Below, piece by piece: positions 53,262 to 64,000 of a DNA stretch of 64,000 bases. Location of the stretch: the NCBI GenBank assembly GCA_025201805.1, contig MU619238.1, forward strand, positions 358,096 to 422,095, given 5' to 3'. The notes under the pieces are model-generated. The model did no database searches. It was given only the letters and a program-made list of their open reading frames with translations, and had not been told where the DNA came from. The position numbers were made by a program, and so were the translations under genes. Each line of letters opens with the position of its first letter. Position 1 is the stretch's first letter. The stretch is from Parasitella parasitica NRRL 2501 (lineage: Eukaryota > Fungi > Mucoromycota).

Positions 53262-54899
53262 ATGGATAGATATTCAAGAGGATACGACGATAGATACCGA
53301 GGATATTACGATCGTCCGCGATCAGATACGTATCGCCCAGGCGAAAATTATCGCTCAGATAGAGATTATAGAGATGCAGCTGGTGGTGGCAGCAGCAGTA
53401 GAAATTACTCGCCCAACTATCCTTCTTCTCGCTCTCCAACGGGCTCTGGCTCAAGATACAGTGCGAGTTATCCAGATTCTAGACAGGGCTACTACAGCTC
53501 AAGAGGCCATTCTCCTCCATCTCGGTCTTCTTCTAGATCTCCCCGGAGACCATCTTATGGATACTACCGTCCCTCAGGCGGTTCATCGTATCCCTATAGC
53601 TCCAGAAGATCCCCGTCTCCTCCTCCCCCAGTGGGTGGTCGCAGTGGAAGTAGTTCTAGCAGCAGAAGAGATTCGTACGATTACCACAGGTCTTATCATG
53701 GTTCGCCGCCTTATTCTCAATATCCTCCCCCGCCATCTTCTTACAGAGGCGGAAGAGGTGATAGTGAAAGGGGCCCTTACCCACCTTATCCAGCCCGCAG
53801 ACACTATCCTGGTCCACCTTCGTCGTCCTATGGGCCTCCTCCTGTACATCCTTCCTCTAGCAATGGGTACCATAGTAGAGAAACGTCAGCCCCTCCCCAA
53901 AGATCAATACACTCGACTCCAACATCCACCGCACCTAATTCACCTAGACACTTTACACAAGAATCTGCCAGTGCGGGCCCCATCAGCAACCCAATTCCCT
54001 CCTCTTCAACCGCAGCCGTCGTACTCAACCCTTCCGCTACTGCCACCAGTTCTACACCATCCCCACTACAGCAGCAACAACCTGGAGGTCATCCGTCTCA
54101 GACAACAACCGTAGAAAACAATGCGCCGGCAGAAGTGAATCCGTCATTGACAAATATGCCTCCTAGCGTGGCTCCGTCATCATCTTCTGCCATCACAGCT
54201 ACTAACACTAACACTACCACTACTAATACTACAACTACAACCACCACTATGACAACGAATAATCAACCTTCATCACAGCAGCATGCGCCTCCGCCACCGT
54301 CCTTTTCACTTAATACAAGCTACTCTCAACAATCATCATCATCGTATCCTTATACTTTATCTGCGTCTTCTTCGCCTTACACCAACAGTGGGACAGGGGC
54401 TGGTGGAGGCGGACCTAATACTCCACGGGGAGGGCCTCCGCCTCACCACCACAGCAGCAACAGCAGCAGCGGATATCACCATTATTACAGTAGCCATTAT
54501 AGCTCTCCTTCTACTACTATGCCACCGATCAGACAGAGAATTTCATGGGCTCCGGACCAAGAAAAAGAGGTTTGTTTTTTATTGTAATTTGCTTGAGCAA
54601 TTGTGCCGTAGCTCACCTGCATTAACCTGTGTGGATAGATGGATAGATATCATGCGGAACAGAAAAAGTTATGTGACGAAGAGGTTAGGATCTTGACAAG
54701 CGCCCGCAAGAGTCGATTTGAGTTGGAACTTGCTCATTGGGAAGTGGAGAAGCTAGATCATCAATTAGAACTTGTACAAAAGCAATGGGAGGAGAACGGG
54801 ATGGAGGATTTAGTTCGTGAGGAATTATCAAAATTTAGCAATAGCGCAAAGTCAACATCTACTGCTTCCTCTGTCGCTACTAAATTAGCAATCATGTAA
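53262..54899 (+). CDS. Hypothetical Arg/Ser/Tyr/Pro-rich disordered protein with C-terminal coiled coil, 2 exons
   Basis: Long biased ORF; intron 54570-54638; C-terminal RKSRFELELAHWEVEKLDHQLELVQKQ. Confidence 0.75.
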
Positions 54900-55202
54900 A
54901 GAAATAAAAATGTGTATATATGGTTCTTTCAGTCTGACGAAATAGCTCGGTTGTTCTGTGCAATTTTCCTTGTCAATTTAAAAACTAAATCTGAAGAATG
55001 AGACGCGGTAAAAGGCATGTATCCCTCGGTGTAAAATGCTGTATATAACAGCCAAATGCAAAAGCTTTAGGAAAAATATCGTTGAATATCACAGCAAGAA
55101 ATTAACCAACGGGATTGTATCACTCGGCAAACGCTTTTATAGTATATAAAGGCATACACTTTTTGGTAATCGTTGTTTGGTCACAAGTCCTTTCTCGTCA
55201 TC

Positions 55203-55520
55203 ATGGCCGACACTACTGATTCGAGCAATGCAGCCGCTGCTACTAATACTACGCCCGATGCTACTACTGGTAATAACGCCACAAACACTCTCCCAGGAAA
55301 GGTAGAAGCTAAAGCAGATCAAGCTATTGGAAACGCCAAGGAATCTGTTGGAAATGCAGTAGGAAACAACGAACTCCAAGCCGAGGGAGCTCAACAAAAC
55401 GCAGCTGGAAATGGTAAAGAAGCTGCTAATAATGTAGCTGGATTCTTTCAGAAGGTCACCAGTGAAGTTGAGGGCACCTTCAAAGGTGTTTACAACGCAC
55501 TTTCTGGCAGTAAGAAGTAG
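55203..55520 (+). CDS. CsbD-like / hydrophilin stress protein
   Basis: GKVEAKADQAIGNAKESVGNAVGNNELQAEGAQQNAAGNGKE; TATATAAA at ~55143. Confidence 0.8.
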   Translation: MADTTDSSNAAAATNTTPDATTGNNATNTLPGKVEAKADQAIGNAKESVGNAVGNNELQAEGAQQNAAGNGKEAANNVAGFFQKVTSEVEGTFKGVYNALSGSKK

Positions 55521-55629
55521 TCGTACCAATAAACAGATTGTGGTGTATTGACTGACCGCAATAAAGATTTCATGTTGCCAAAAAATCGTTTTTCTCGTTT
55601 TTCTCGTTTTTCTTTCCTTTACAAACATA

Positions 55630-58209
55630 ATGTCTGATATTGCTGTTAAACAGTCTACGAAAAGCATCTTAAAACAAGCGCATACACAGCCAGCGAACAG
55701 TGCGGCTTCATGGTTCACAAATCAACAACCTCGAATCAACAACTTGTTTGGCAGTTTTCGAAAAAACCAATACCAGCAACAAGAGCAGCAGCACACACAA
55801 GCACACACTCAAAACGAAATAAACGCAGTGAATGCAGAGCTCACATCGAGAGAAATTCGAAGAGTCAGATTTCCCGTCACTGAAATTACGAGCGAATATG
55901 TGTTTAGCAAAGAAGCTTTGATAACTGAGCGCAAAAAGCAATTACCTGCAGAACCTATCAATATCCAGACTTCCAACCAATTGCTGTCCCTATACGAACT
56001 TGTGTGCAGAAAAAAACAAGAACCAACAATCGATCTGCTAGTATCAATTTTAATTACGCAGCCCCAAGCTACATTCCTAACCCGGCTTGACTTGACAAAT
56101 CAGCCCATTGACAGATATAGCATTTCGCCTCTGGCTGATATTATGTGCGTTGATTTTGGCATCAGAGAACTAGTGTTAGACAACTGTGGATTAGACGATC
56201 ATGTAAACTAGGGGGGGGGGGTTTGCACTAGTAAAATAGCAGCGACTAATCTACTGATAATAGGCTGTGAAAATCATGGCGAGCACTTTGCTGGAAAACG
56301 ACAAGGTCAAACATCTCAGCTTAGCAGGCAACTCCAAACTGACAAGCTTGGCTTTCAAATACATTGCCATCTATATAAAAGGAGTAACTACTATTGGTTT
56401 CCTAGTGCATAGAGGGATTTAAACTAAAAGTTATACCTTCAGGCTTCCCAATTAACAAGCTTAGACTTGTCTTTCACGCAACCTGACAAAAAGAGCATTC
56501 AGTACATCGCTACCGCAACACTAAAGTACGATATTTCATCGTATTTACCCTCACTATCAAGTCTCCTGTTGAACGGATGTGGTTTACGCGGACCTCAGTT
56601 AGAAGTGCTTGCCGCTGCTATTCGGAAATCCAGCACCTCGTTGCAGCATTTATCCATTCAAGACAATCGCATAGGAACACAGGGCGCTTTGGCTGTTGGT
56701 GTTATGCTACGAGACTATGACAATTTAGATTTTATTCAGCAAGGAATTCAACGCTTGTTCTTGGATCGCAATGACCTGAGCCAGGGTGGGATTCAGTACA
56801 TTGCTCAGGCTTTGCGTAGAAATCAAAGTCTTCGCTACTTGTCAATGTGTGAATGCAGAATCGACGCCAAGGATTGCATACTGTTGGGCGAAGCTCTGAA
56901 ATACAATCAGCGATTGGAAAGGTTCGATATAGGCTACAACGCATTGACGACTCCCAACATGGATGGCGTAGGTAGACATATTTATGGGGTGTGTTTGAAG
57001 CACTAAGTCATCTATGGTTTAGATTACTTCCATCAGACAAGCGCTGAATGTCAATAGATCGTTAAAGGATCTTTGCTTGGCAGGCACTGACTTGAGCACT
57101 GAAGCTGCCATTGCTTTGGCCGAATGTCTTCCCGAGAACAATACGCTTGTGCGCCTCGATTTATCGAGAAATCCCAACATACAGATTGCTGGTCTGTTGG
57201 CATTCTCAGTCTCAATCAAGATGAATCATACAATAACATTCATTGATATTAATATTCCCGTACGTTTTATATGCATGGCTTTTAGAGTATGCTGACTAAC
57301 TTTGTGGTATGTACATATAGACCGTGGATAAGGATATGGTCGATATACATAATGGAATTTTAGCCGCATGTACAAAGAATGCTCAATCAAAGAAAAAGGA
57401 AATGGCTCCACAGCAAGATAATCCAATGGTGACAACAGCTCAGACGACGGCGCGCTTGACACTTGAGGAACGTTTGGCTGCTGTTACGAAAGGAAAGCCC
57501 AAGCACAGCACTCCAGCATCATCTACTGCACCCTCAAATTCAAGCATGTCGCCAGCCCTTCCTAAAAGAAGATCAGCAAACATGGATACGCTTCTGATCC
57601 AGCAGGCTTTTGACGATGTAGCGGTTTTGGAAGATTTGATGAGCGGTAGACAGGAGGAAAAAGATACAGCAGACACTTTGGCTATTGTTAATAGATGCAG
57701 ACAAGAACATTCGAAAATATGCTTGAGAATACCAGAGGTTTCCAGCCCATCTCACTTGGGTAAGCATGCGTTTTTTTCTGAAAATGATCAAAGAGAAACT
57801 AAAAAAACTACTTGCAGAATTGTTGCTGGCAATCAATGACAGATTAACTGTTGCCATTCGATCATTTGGGGAAAAACAGGCAATGGAGGCTGAAGCCATT
57901 GAAGCTGCAATCAAAGAGCAGCAACCAGAACAACAAGATAAAGAGCGAAATACCTTGAAAGAAGAAGAAAAGCCACAGAGTTCATTTGAAATAGGCGATG
58001 ATGATGACGATGACGATCAAGACATCACTTTGATAGATACTGAATACAACGAGACAAAGGAAACACCATTACAGGCATTACGAAGTGAAATTGAGGCAGA
58101 AGAAGGCGCTGCTTTCTTGAATGCAAAGAAGGACGAACTGGAGTTAAAATCGAGAGAGAATGCTCTTTTGGAAGAGTCAAGCAAGACAAATGAGAAGCCT
58201 CCTGTATAG
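55630..58209 (+). CDS. RNI-like LRR protein, putative PP1 regulatory subunit (PPP1R37/Mhp1-like), multi-exon
   Basis: N-terminal KSILK and RRVRF; RNI-type repeats (LQHLSIQDNRIG, LRRNQSLRYLSM, LAECLPENNTLVRLDLSRN); GAT-like LLLAINDRL. Confidence 0.8.
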
Positions 58210-59324
58210 ATCAACTATGAAGACGATAGATTAGAACACAATCCCTAAAGACTAGAGAAAGATTAATGCGTATTTTTAGTTTTTCTTGCATCAGCTGTAA
58301 TCATAACCACTAAGCTGCTGTCTTTTCAACGTGCTTAATTCAATCAAGAATAATGATAATTATAAAGTGAAATAATAGCGAATATCTCAAACAAATCCTA
58401 GAAAATCACTATCATGAAGAGGAAATGTTAATCATTCCTAGCCAAATTCTCGTTGAGGTGCGGCCCTTTTGTCGCATTGAGCAAGATGGCGTAAAAATGC
58501 AGGGAGTCAGCAACGAGCCAGTAAATTTGCAATATGTGGACGTCTGTTCCTTACATACAAACCACTTGAGGGTTTATCTGATCAACGCTTGTCACCTAAC
58601 GAGCCGACAATTCCTAGCAACACAACTGATTTTACATGTTGCAGCCTCAGGGACTAATTTCGACATATTGCGAATACACTACATTCGGGAAGCGCTTGTA
58701 TATGGACAAGGCAACAATATAATGACGACACTAATATTAGACTAAATGGATCTACATGATGCATCAGTTTTCCTGGTAACTGGTTGCAGTTTGAAATTAG
58801 TTCATACTGTATTACCACATATCAGAGTCAACAGCGAATCATCTCCAACTGTTAGTTTTGAAAATGTCCCCAGCATTGCTCTTTATTGCAAGATCCATGA
58901 TTGTGCCTCCAATAAATGGGCGGCACAATGACAGCCAATAAATACAAAAGACAGCTGTTTTAAATGGCCATCAAAGCGTACGATACAAAAAAAATACTAC
59001 GATTTATTTAACCGTGCCGCAGGAATAGGACCATGATCGCGGATGAGGGATAATTGGGTACGCCTTGAACCAATCCCTAAGAGCTTGGTGAATAAGAGTT
59101 TCCGAATTACCAGTAAGGGTAGGCTGTTCTTCATGTAGCTTTTGGTGGAAGAACATTCATCAGGGTTTAACACCGATTTCAGGAACCAAATGTCATAGGA
59201 TATCACCACTCTGTACTGGGATAAAGATCAGCCATTCTATGGCACCACTCATTTCTAAATAAAGTCATCTCATTCTCCTACTCATACTCGCTTTGTGATT
59301 TATTATACAGGAATAGATTACCGC

Positions 59325-59802
59325 TTAGATTGGATCTCTATCCTCAACAGATCGGTTTTTGGTAATCATGTTGTACCAATGATCCCCAGAAAAGGTCCAA
59401 CCATTTTCATCGAACACATAGTTTCTGCACGTAGGATTCAGGCCTTGTTTTTTCTCATGCGATAAACTTAACAATTTACCCATAATTGATGACGGAGGAG
59501 CACAGTCAAACAGGTAAATAGCTTAAGCAGGTTTGTGTTGGAAGGAGGGGTCTAGTAAGAGTTACCGGTTCGATGATTAGCCTTGAAATTTATTCATGGT
59601 CATGGCAAAAAGCTGGAGGCACAGTATTCATAGTCAAATCATCATTTAGGAAAGGAGCCTTCCGGGCAACCTTTACTTGTCTTCACGTCATATATTTTAT
59701 AGGCCATTCTAGCACAATTATTTTCTGTTGTGCTGTTGGTAGGTGCACCTCGAACCATGCTATCGCCCATTAGAATCCCAGGAGTAGCAACCGTGAGACG
59801 AT
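59325..59802 (-). pseudogene. Pseudogene of the secreted Cys-rich family
   Basis: ATG appears as ATC (aaaATCgtctca vs aaaATGgtctca in the 61009 copy); LMGDSMVRGAP...C...Y...GC aligns with paralogs; TGA-TGA at 59639-59644 and further stops. Confidence 0.7.
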
Positions 59803-60838
59803 TTTGATTTTTAAGGGTTGAAATAATTGATTGTTGCAAGTCATTCTAGAAAACAAAATTATGCGGTTTATTTATATAGCGTGCATCGAGTGTGTAGATC
59901 AGGCTGCTAAGATTACCCTCCCTCCAACGTTTTTTTTGTTGGGAAGTGTAAACTATTTTCTTCAAGATATAACTGTATTCACAATAACAAGTCGTAAAGA
60001 AACTCTTCTTTGGAGTTCCTGTTCACTGTAATTAGCAATACATTATCTTCTATCGTTTATCATACGTAAATGAACAATGTAGAATTAATCGCCAAAATGT
60101 CGTTTTTGTTCAAATTTTTCTGAATTAGTGGTCTCTACATCCCAAAAGTACCAGCATTATAGATTTGTTACACAAATCCTGTCTATAGTATATCGTTTGA
60201 TCATCTTTCCCCTTTCATGAATTTAAGTATTTGAAGGTCGAGTGTTCATGTACGCAACTGTTCAAAAAAACATTAGGATATATTGCTTGTGTAGGTAGTC
60301 AAGCATTACTACCTTGTTATACTCATTAGTGTCTTTAATCAAAGTAATTTCGATGCAATCATACAAAAAAAAAGAAAGCAGGTCAAACAATTCAACTACA
60401 AAACTGTGTTTATAATGCGCAATAGCTCTTCTTCTTTCCCTTGATCGTTTTCATATGATCAGTGTTTTGCCTCCAATACTTGTAAAAGTTGTACATATAC
60501 ATCCGATCTTATCTTTATAAAGCTACATTGGACAAAAGTTGCATGTCAGTCATCTGTTCTAGGGATGCTTAAAAGTGAAACTTACGTTTGTTGTCTGATC
60601 AGCATGATGCATCATTTTTAAGACTTGGTACTAATTCAATCCACTACTATTAAAGCGACCAGATTCTTCAAAGAAAAGCTTGTTATAACTCACCACTTAC
60701 GACTACATACTTTCCGGCAAAACAATGATAGTAAGCGAGCAAAAGCAATTTAATTGTTACAGTTTACAACGAGATGATGTTAGTAGTTTGATTTATACAG
60801 TAAACGCAAGCATATTTATTAGGCAAGCAGATCTTCGC

Positions 60839-60914
60839 AATGCAACCGTCTTTTTGATGGTAGTACTAAAGCAGCTAATGCAACCGTCTCCTTGGTGGTA
60901 GTACTAAAGCAGCT
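60839..60914 (+). repeat. 38-bp tandem duplication in promoter of Cys-rich copy A
   Basis: aatgcaaccgtctttttgatggtagtactaaagcagct / aatgcaaccgtctccttggtggtagtactaaagcagct. Confidence 0.9.
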
Positions 60915-61008
60915 ATGTGTGCATTCTAAATATATGACTTTGTAATTTTGAAACCTATATAAACCTCCACTTATTCCAACGAGTAGCCATTAAATATCAA
61001 CAATTAAA

Positions 61009-61467
61009 ATGGTCTCAAAATCTCTGTCTCTTGCAATGCTTATTGTTGTGGCTCTATTGGGGGATAGAACGGCTCAAGGTGCACCTGCTGCTAGAGAAGA
61101 AGATGCTTGTACTAAAGAGGCCTTTGAAGCATATGATTATAGAACAAAAAATGGATGTGGAAGATCCAAGTCTGAGAGCGACTGTAAATTTTTGTTCGAA
61201 GCTTCTATCAAGATCCTAAATGATGTTCTAGAAACTTGTGGAAACATGGGTGGCTATTCACTTTGCAGAGTTAAAAATCCTGGATTCTTTTCTTTTGGTC
61301 GTTGTTCTGCAACGCTTCAATTAGAAGCAGCCACCAAAGAAGCATGCGAAGCCGCAAGCAAGGAGCCTTATACTTTTATTGGCCAAGATGGATACAGGAA
61401 CACATATTCTGCGTCAGAGGCTTATTGCATTAATTCGCCAAACTACAATTGTATATCTGAATGTTAG
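61009..61467 (+). CDS. Small secreted cysteine-rich protein, copy A (152 aa, 10 Cys), unknown family
   Basis: Signal peptide ending ~AQG|AP; TATATAAA at ~60956; intronless; paralog at 62382-62843 conserves all Cys. Confidence 0.88.
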   Translation: MVSKSLSLAMLIVVALLGDRTAQGAPAAREEDACTKEAFEAYDYRTKNGCGRSKSESDCKFLFEASIKILNDVLETCGNMGGYSLCRVKNPGFFSFGRCSATLQLEAATKEACEAASKEPYTFIGQDGYRNTYSASEAYCINSPNYNCISEC

Positions 61468-62381
61468 TTTTTTTTTTATTTTATTAAAATATGATCTCTG
61501 CTTTCGTTGTACGCTGGACGGTTTTGTTATTACTCACTTTGCGTATTGCTTGATGTCCACACTATCATTAACATATGATCGCAGGTACACTTTTTCGATT
61601 GTTCACATGAAAATACCGTTGAAAACTGCGGATTTTTGTCTATTTAGGACACTCTCGATGAATTGTTTCCTAGTACAAGCCCTCATGATAGAAGTCGTTC
61701 CAAACTGACTTTTTGCGGAGTCAGTTTATTAGCGACAACAGGTATGCTCCTTAAATATGCAGCCGACATGGCTCGCAACGCTCCACAACATGTTCAAGCG
61801 ATGGCATTCCTACTTAGTATTATGAAGACCTATGGTTGAGAAGGTAATATACCTCAAAGCTGTATTTAACGCTTTCGAGTATTATCCACATTAATCACCA
61901 CTATCATCACCGTTTTTTTTTCTTTTTCTTTTTCTTTTCTAAAACAAGCTTCTTTCCAATGTCAATCGCCACCTCACAGACGAGGCGTCACAATCCACCA
62001 TGACCAGACGCCTACACAACTGCCTTATGCAAAATGATACCGGTATATTCCTTCACCTCTCCTTCCACAGACTACTGTTTCCTAGTCCTTTATCTGGAGG
62101 CGACTTCTTCGACCTTTATACCTTCCTTCGTACCATACTTATGATAACTCTCCTCATATATGTAATTAATCACCCGGATCTATCTTCTCTGAATTCGACC
62201 ATATGTTAATGATGTTGCAAACTCAAAGCAATACGCAAAGTGTGTACTAAAGAAATAACCCCAGCCTACAAAACTTCTTTCTCTTCTCTTTTATGGCTCT
62301 GCATACAGGAGCAGTGCTCAAATCCAAATAAAAGCACTAATTGATATCGAAAAACACACGTTCAAATTTTTATTACAAAAC

Positions 62382-62843
62382 TTAACATAAAGAGATGCAT
62401 CTGTAGTTGGGTGAGTTAACACAAATAGCTTCCGATGGAGAATACGTGGTCTTGGATCCACCGGCGCCATGGAAAGTATAGGGCTTTTTTCTTGCTGCTT
62501 CACATTCGGCTTTGGTGATTGCACTAAATTCACGTACCGCAGAACATCTACGAAAAGAAAAGACTCCAGGATCTCGAACTCTGCAAAGCGAGAAAGCATC
62601 CGGATCTCCACACTTTGCCAGATCTTTATTCAGGGACAGGACGGAGAATTCCAACAAAAATTTGCAACGTTCTGGAGACTTGTCTTGTCCAGTACACCCG
62701 TGTTTTGTTCTACGTTCATATGCGGCAAAGGCCTTTTGAGTACAAGCATCTTCTGTGTTAGCGGCAGGAGCACCGTGAACCATTCTATCGCCCAGTAGAG
62801 TCATAACAAGAAACATTACAAGAAACAACAATTTTGAGGCCAT
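62382..62843 (-). CDS. Small secreted cysteine-rich protein, copy B (153 aa, 10 Cys), unknown family
   Basis: True start MASKLLFLVMF at 62843 (aaaATGG context); TATATAAA at ~62928-62935 on minus strand; ~55-60% identical to copy A by hand alignment. Confidence 0.88.
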   Translation of the reverse strand: MASKLLFLVMFLVMTLLGDRMVHGAPAANTEDACTQKAFAAYERRTKHGCTGQDKSPERCKFLLEFSVLSLNKDLAKCGDPDAFSLCRVRDPGVFSFRRCSAVREFSAITKAECEAARKKPYTFHGAGGSKTTYSPSEAICVNSPNYRCISLC

Positions 62844-64000
62844 TTTGGTTGCTGCTAATTGATAGCGGATAGTTGAAATGAGTAATTGTTGAGGTTCACT
62901 CTTGAAAAAGAGTAAAATAAAGGGATATTTATATAGATTTGAGAACTGTACCAAGTAAGCTTTATTCTCTCCAAGGGGGAACCGACATATTGCGTAAATC
63001 TGCTAGCCTAATGGCATGCATGGACCTAGTATGTAGATCAGGCTGCTAGACTGCTAGCAATGTTTCCATCTTCATCTTTGGGAAGCGCAATTTTTTTTTT
63101 TTTTTTTACCCTTTTTCTACATGATGAGTATATTCGCCATAATGAATTGGCAGCAACTCTTCATTGCTGCTTCTAGCAACTTGCATTAACAATATCTCAC
63201 ACACTGACGATTGTTCTTACATAATGCACAATGTAGATCAGATAAAAAACATGGATCTGATCTGCAACAGGTGACGCCAAGACGTACAATTGTGTATAAT
63301 CAAAAGTATTTTCTTCAATCTTCCTTTGTTGATTTTTTAAGTTCTCTATTGCCGCATTATTTTTCATGCATGGCATTTCTGTATAATTTTGAAAACGTAT
63401 GAATCTTAACTCGATACAATTCTTGTGGTTGATATATAGTTTATAATCATCGAAATAAATTTATGTACCCAATATAACCTTCAAGCGTACATGTGGTTTG
63501 CTTAGGTAAATCCAAAAATGATGAGGAGAAAGGCTGTCGCTTGATTTACTTACTTTTAATAGTTTATTGTAGGCTAATCAGAAGTGTTCTAAATGCATAT
63601 GCAAGTAAGCAACGCAACTTTCATACAGAAAAAGAAACCTATCTTGCTATGGCCTGAAGACCATATAATAATGGTACAAATTCCAAGCAATATGGTGCAC
63701 AAGGTAATAACATATTATTCTAGCTTACAAACGTCCATCCTCCCTCTTTTATGGCTTTGTAAACTGAAGCAGTGATTATATCCAAACAAGAACTCTAAAT
63801 GACATTCGCAAATACACTTCATTGGACGCCAGACTTTTGGGTTCTTTTCTTTATGAGTCATTTAGAGAATGAACCCCTGTGCCTTCTATAACGCGGATAG
63901 ATCTCGTGTACATACTCTACCTACCGTAGACGACTGTATATAGAAAACCTTTTATTTTTTTATTTTTTTTTATTGCATAGCCTGTTTACAGGGTTGTTTA

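Noticed and set aside
53374-54114. 246-aa overlapping +1 frame ORF
   Set aside because: By-product of the Ser/Pro/Arg low-complexity main frame
58400-59230. Short ORFs and possible decayed LINE C-terminus (LMNVLPPK..YPYW)
   Set aside because: Too degenerate to assign; many stops in all frames

Overview
Eukaryotic, intron-rich, AT-rich fungal genomic DNA. Short ~55-75 nt introns, gene content and TE types point to Mucorales (Mucor-like); this assignment is inference. About 24 protein-coding genes can be reconstructed by joining ORF fragments across introns: G-protein beta, Tco89-like, ACBP/Atg37-like, DUF4449/HAM1-like, Old Yellow Enzyme, fasciclin, MARVEL-like, Pex11, HSF-type TF, eIF4B, GPD1, Anp1/Mnn9, Dug3, a choice-of-anchor-A-like secreted protein, Swa2/auxilin, a short COG7-like protein, CSN2, Vta1, a forkhead TF, CsbD-like and an LRR PP1 regulator, plus hypotheticals. 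There are decayed Tc1/IS630 transposons and a 5'-truncated non-LTR retroelement in a TE island at 31.7-35.8 kb. The strongest candidate for an undescribed system is at 59.3-63.1 kb: two intact, convergent, intronless secreted 10-cysteine paralogs plus a third dead copy. The dead copy shares their promoter and N-terminus but has a different C-terminal part. Other notable signals: an inverted CCTCGG/CCGAGG pair upstream of PEX11, a His/Asp-tailed adhesin-like secreted protein, eIF4B micro-exons and two GC-AG introns. No rRNA, tRNA or CRISPR array was found. Exon boundaries and alignments were worked out by eye.
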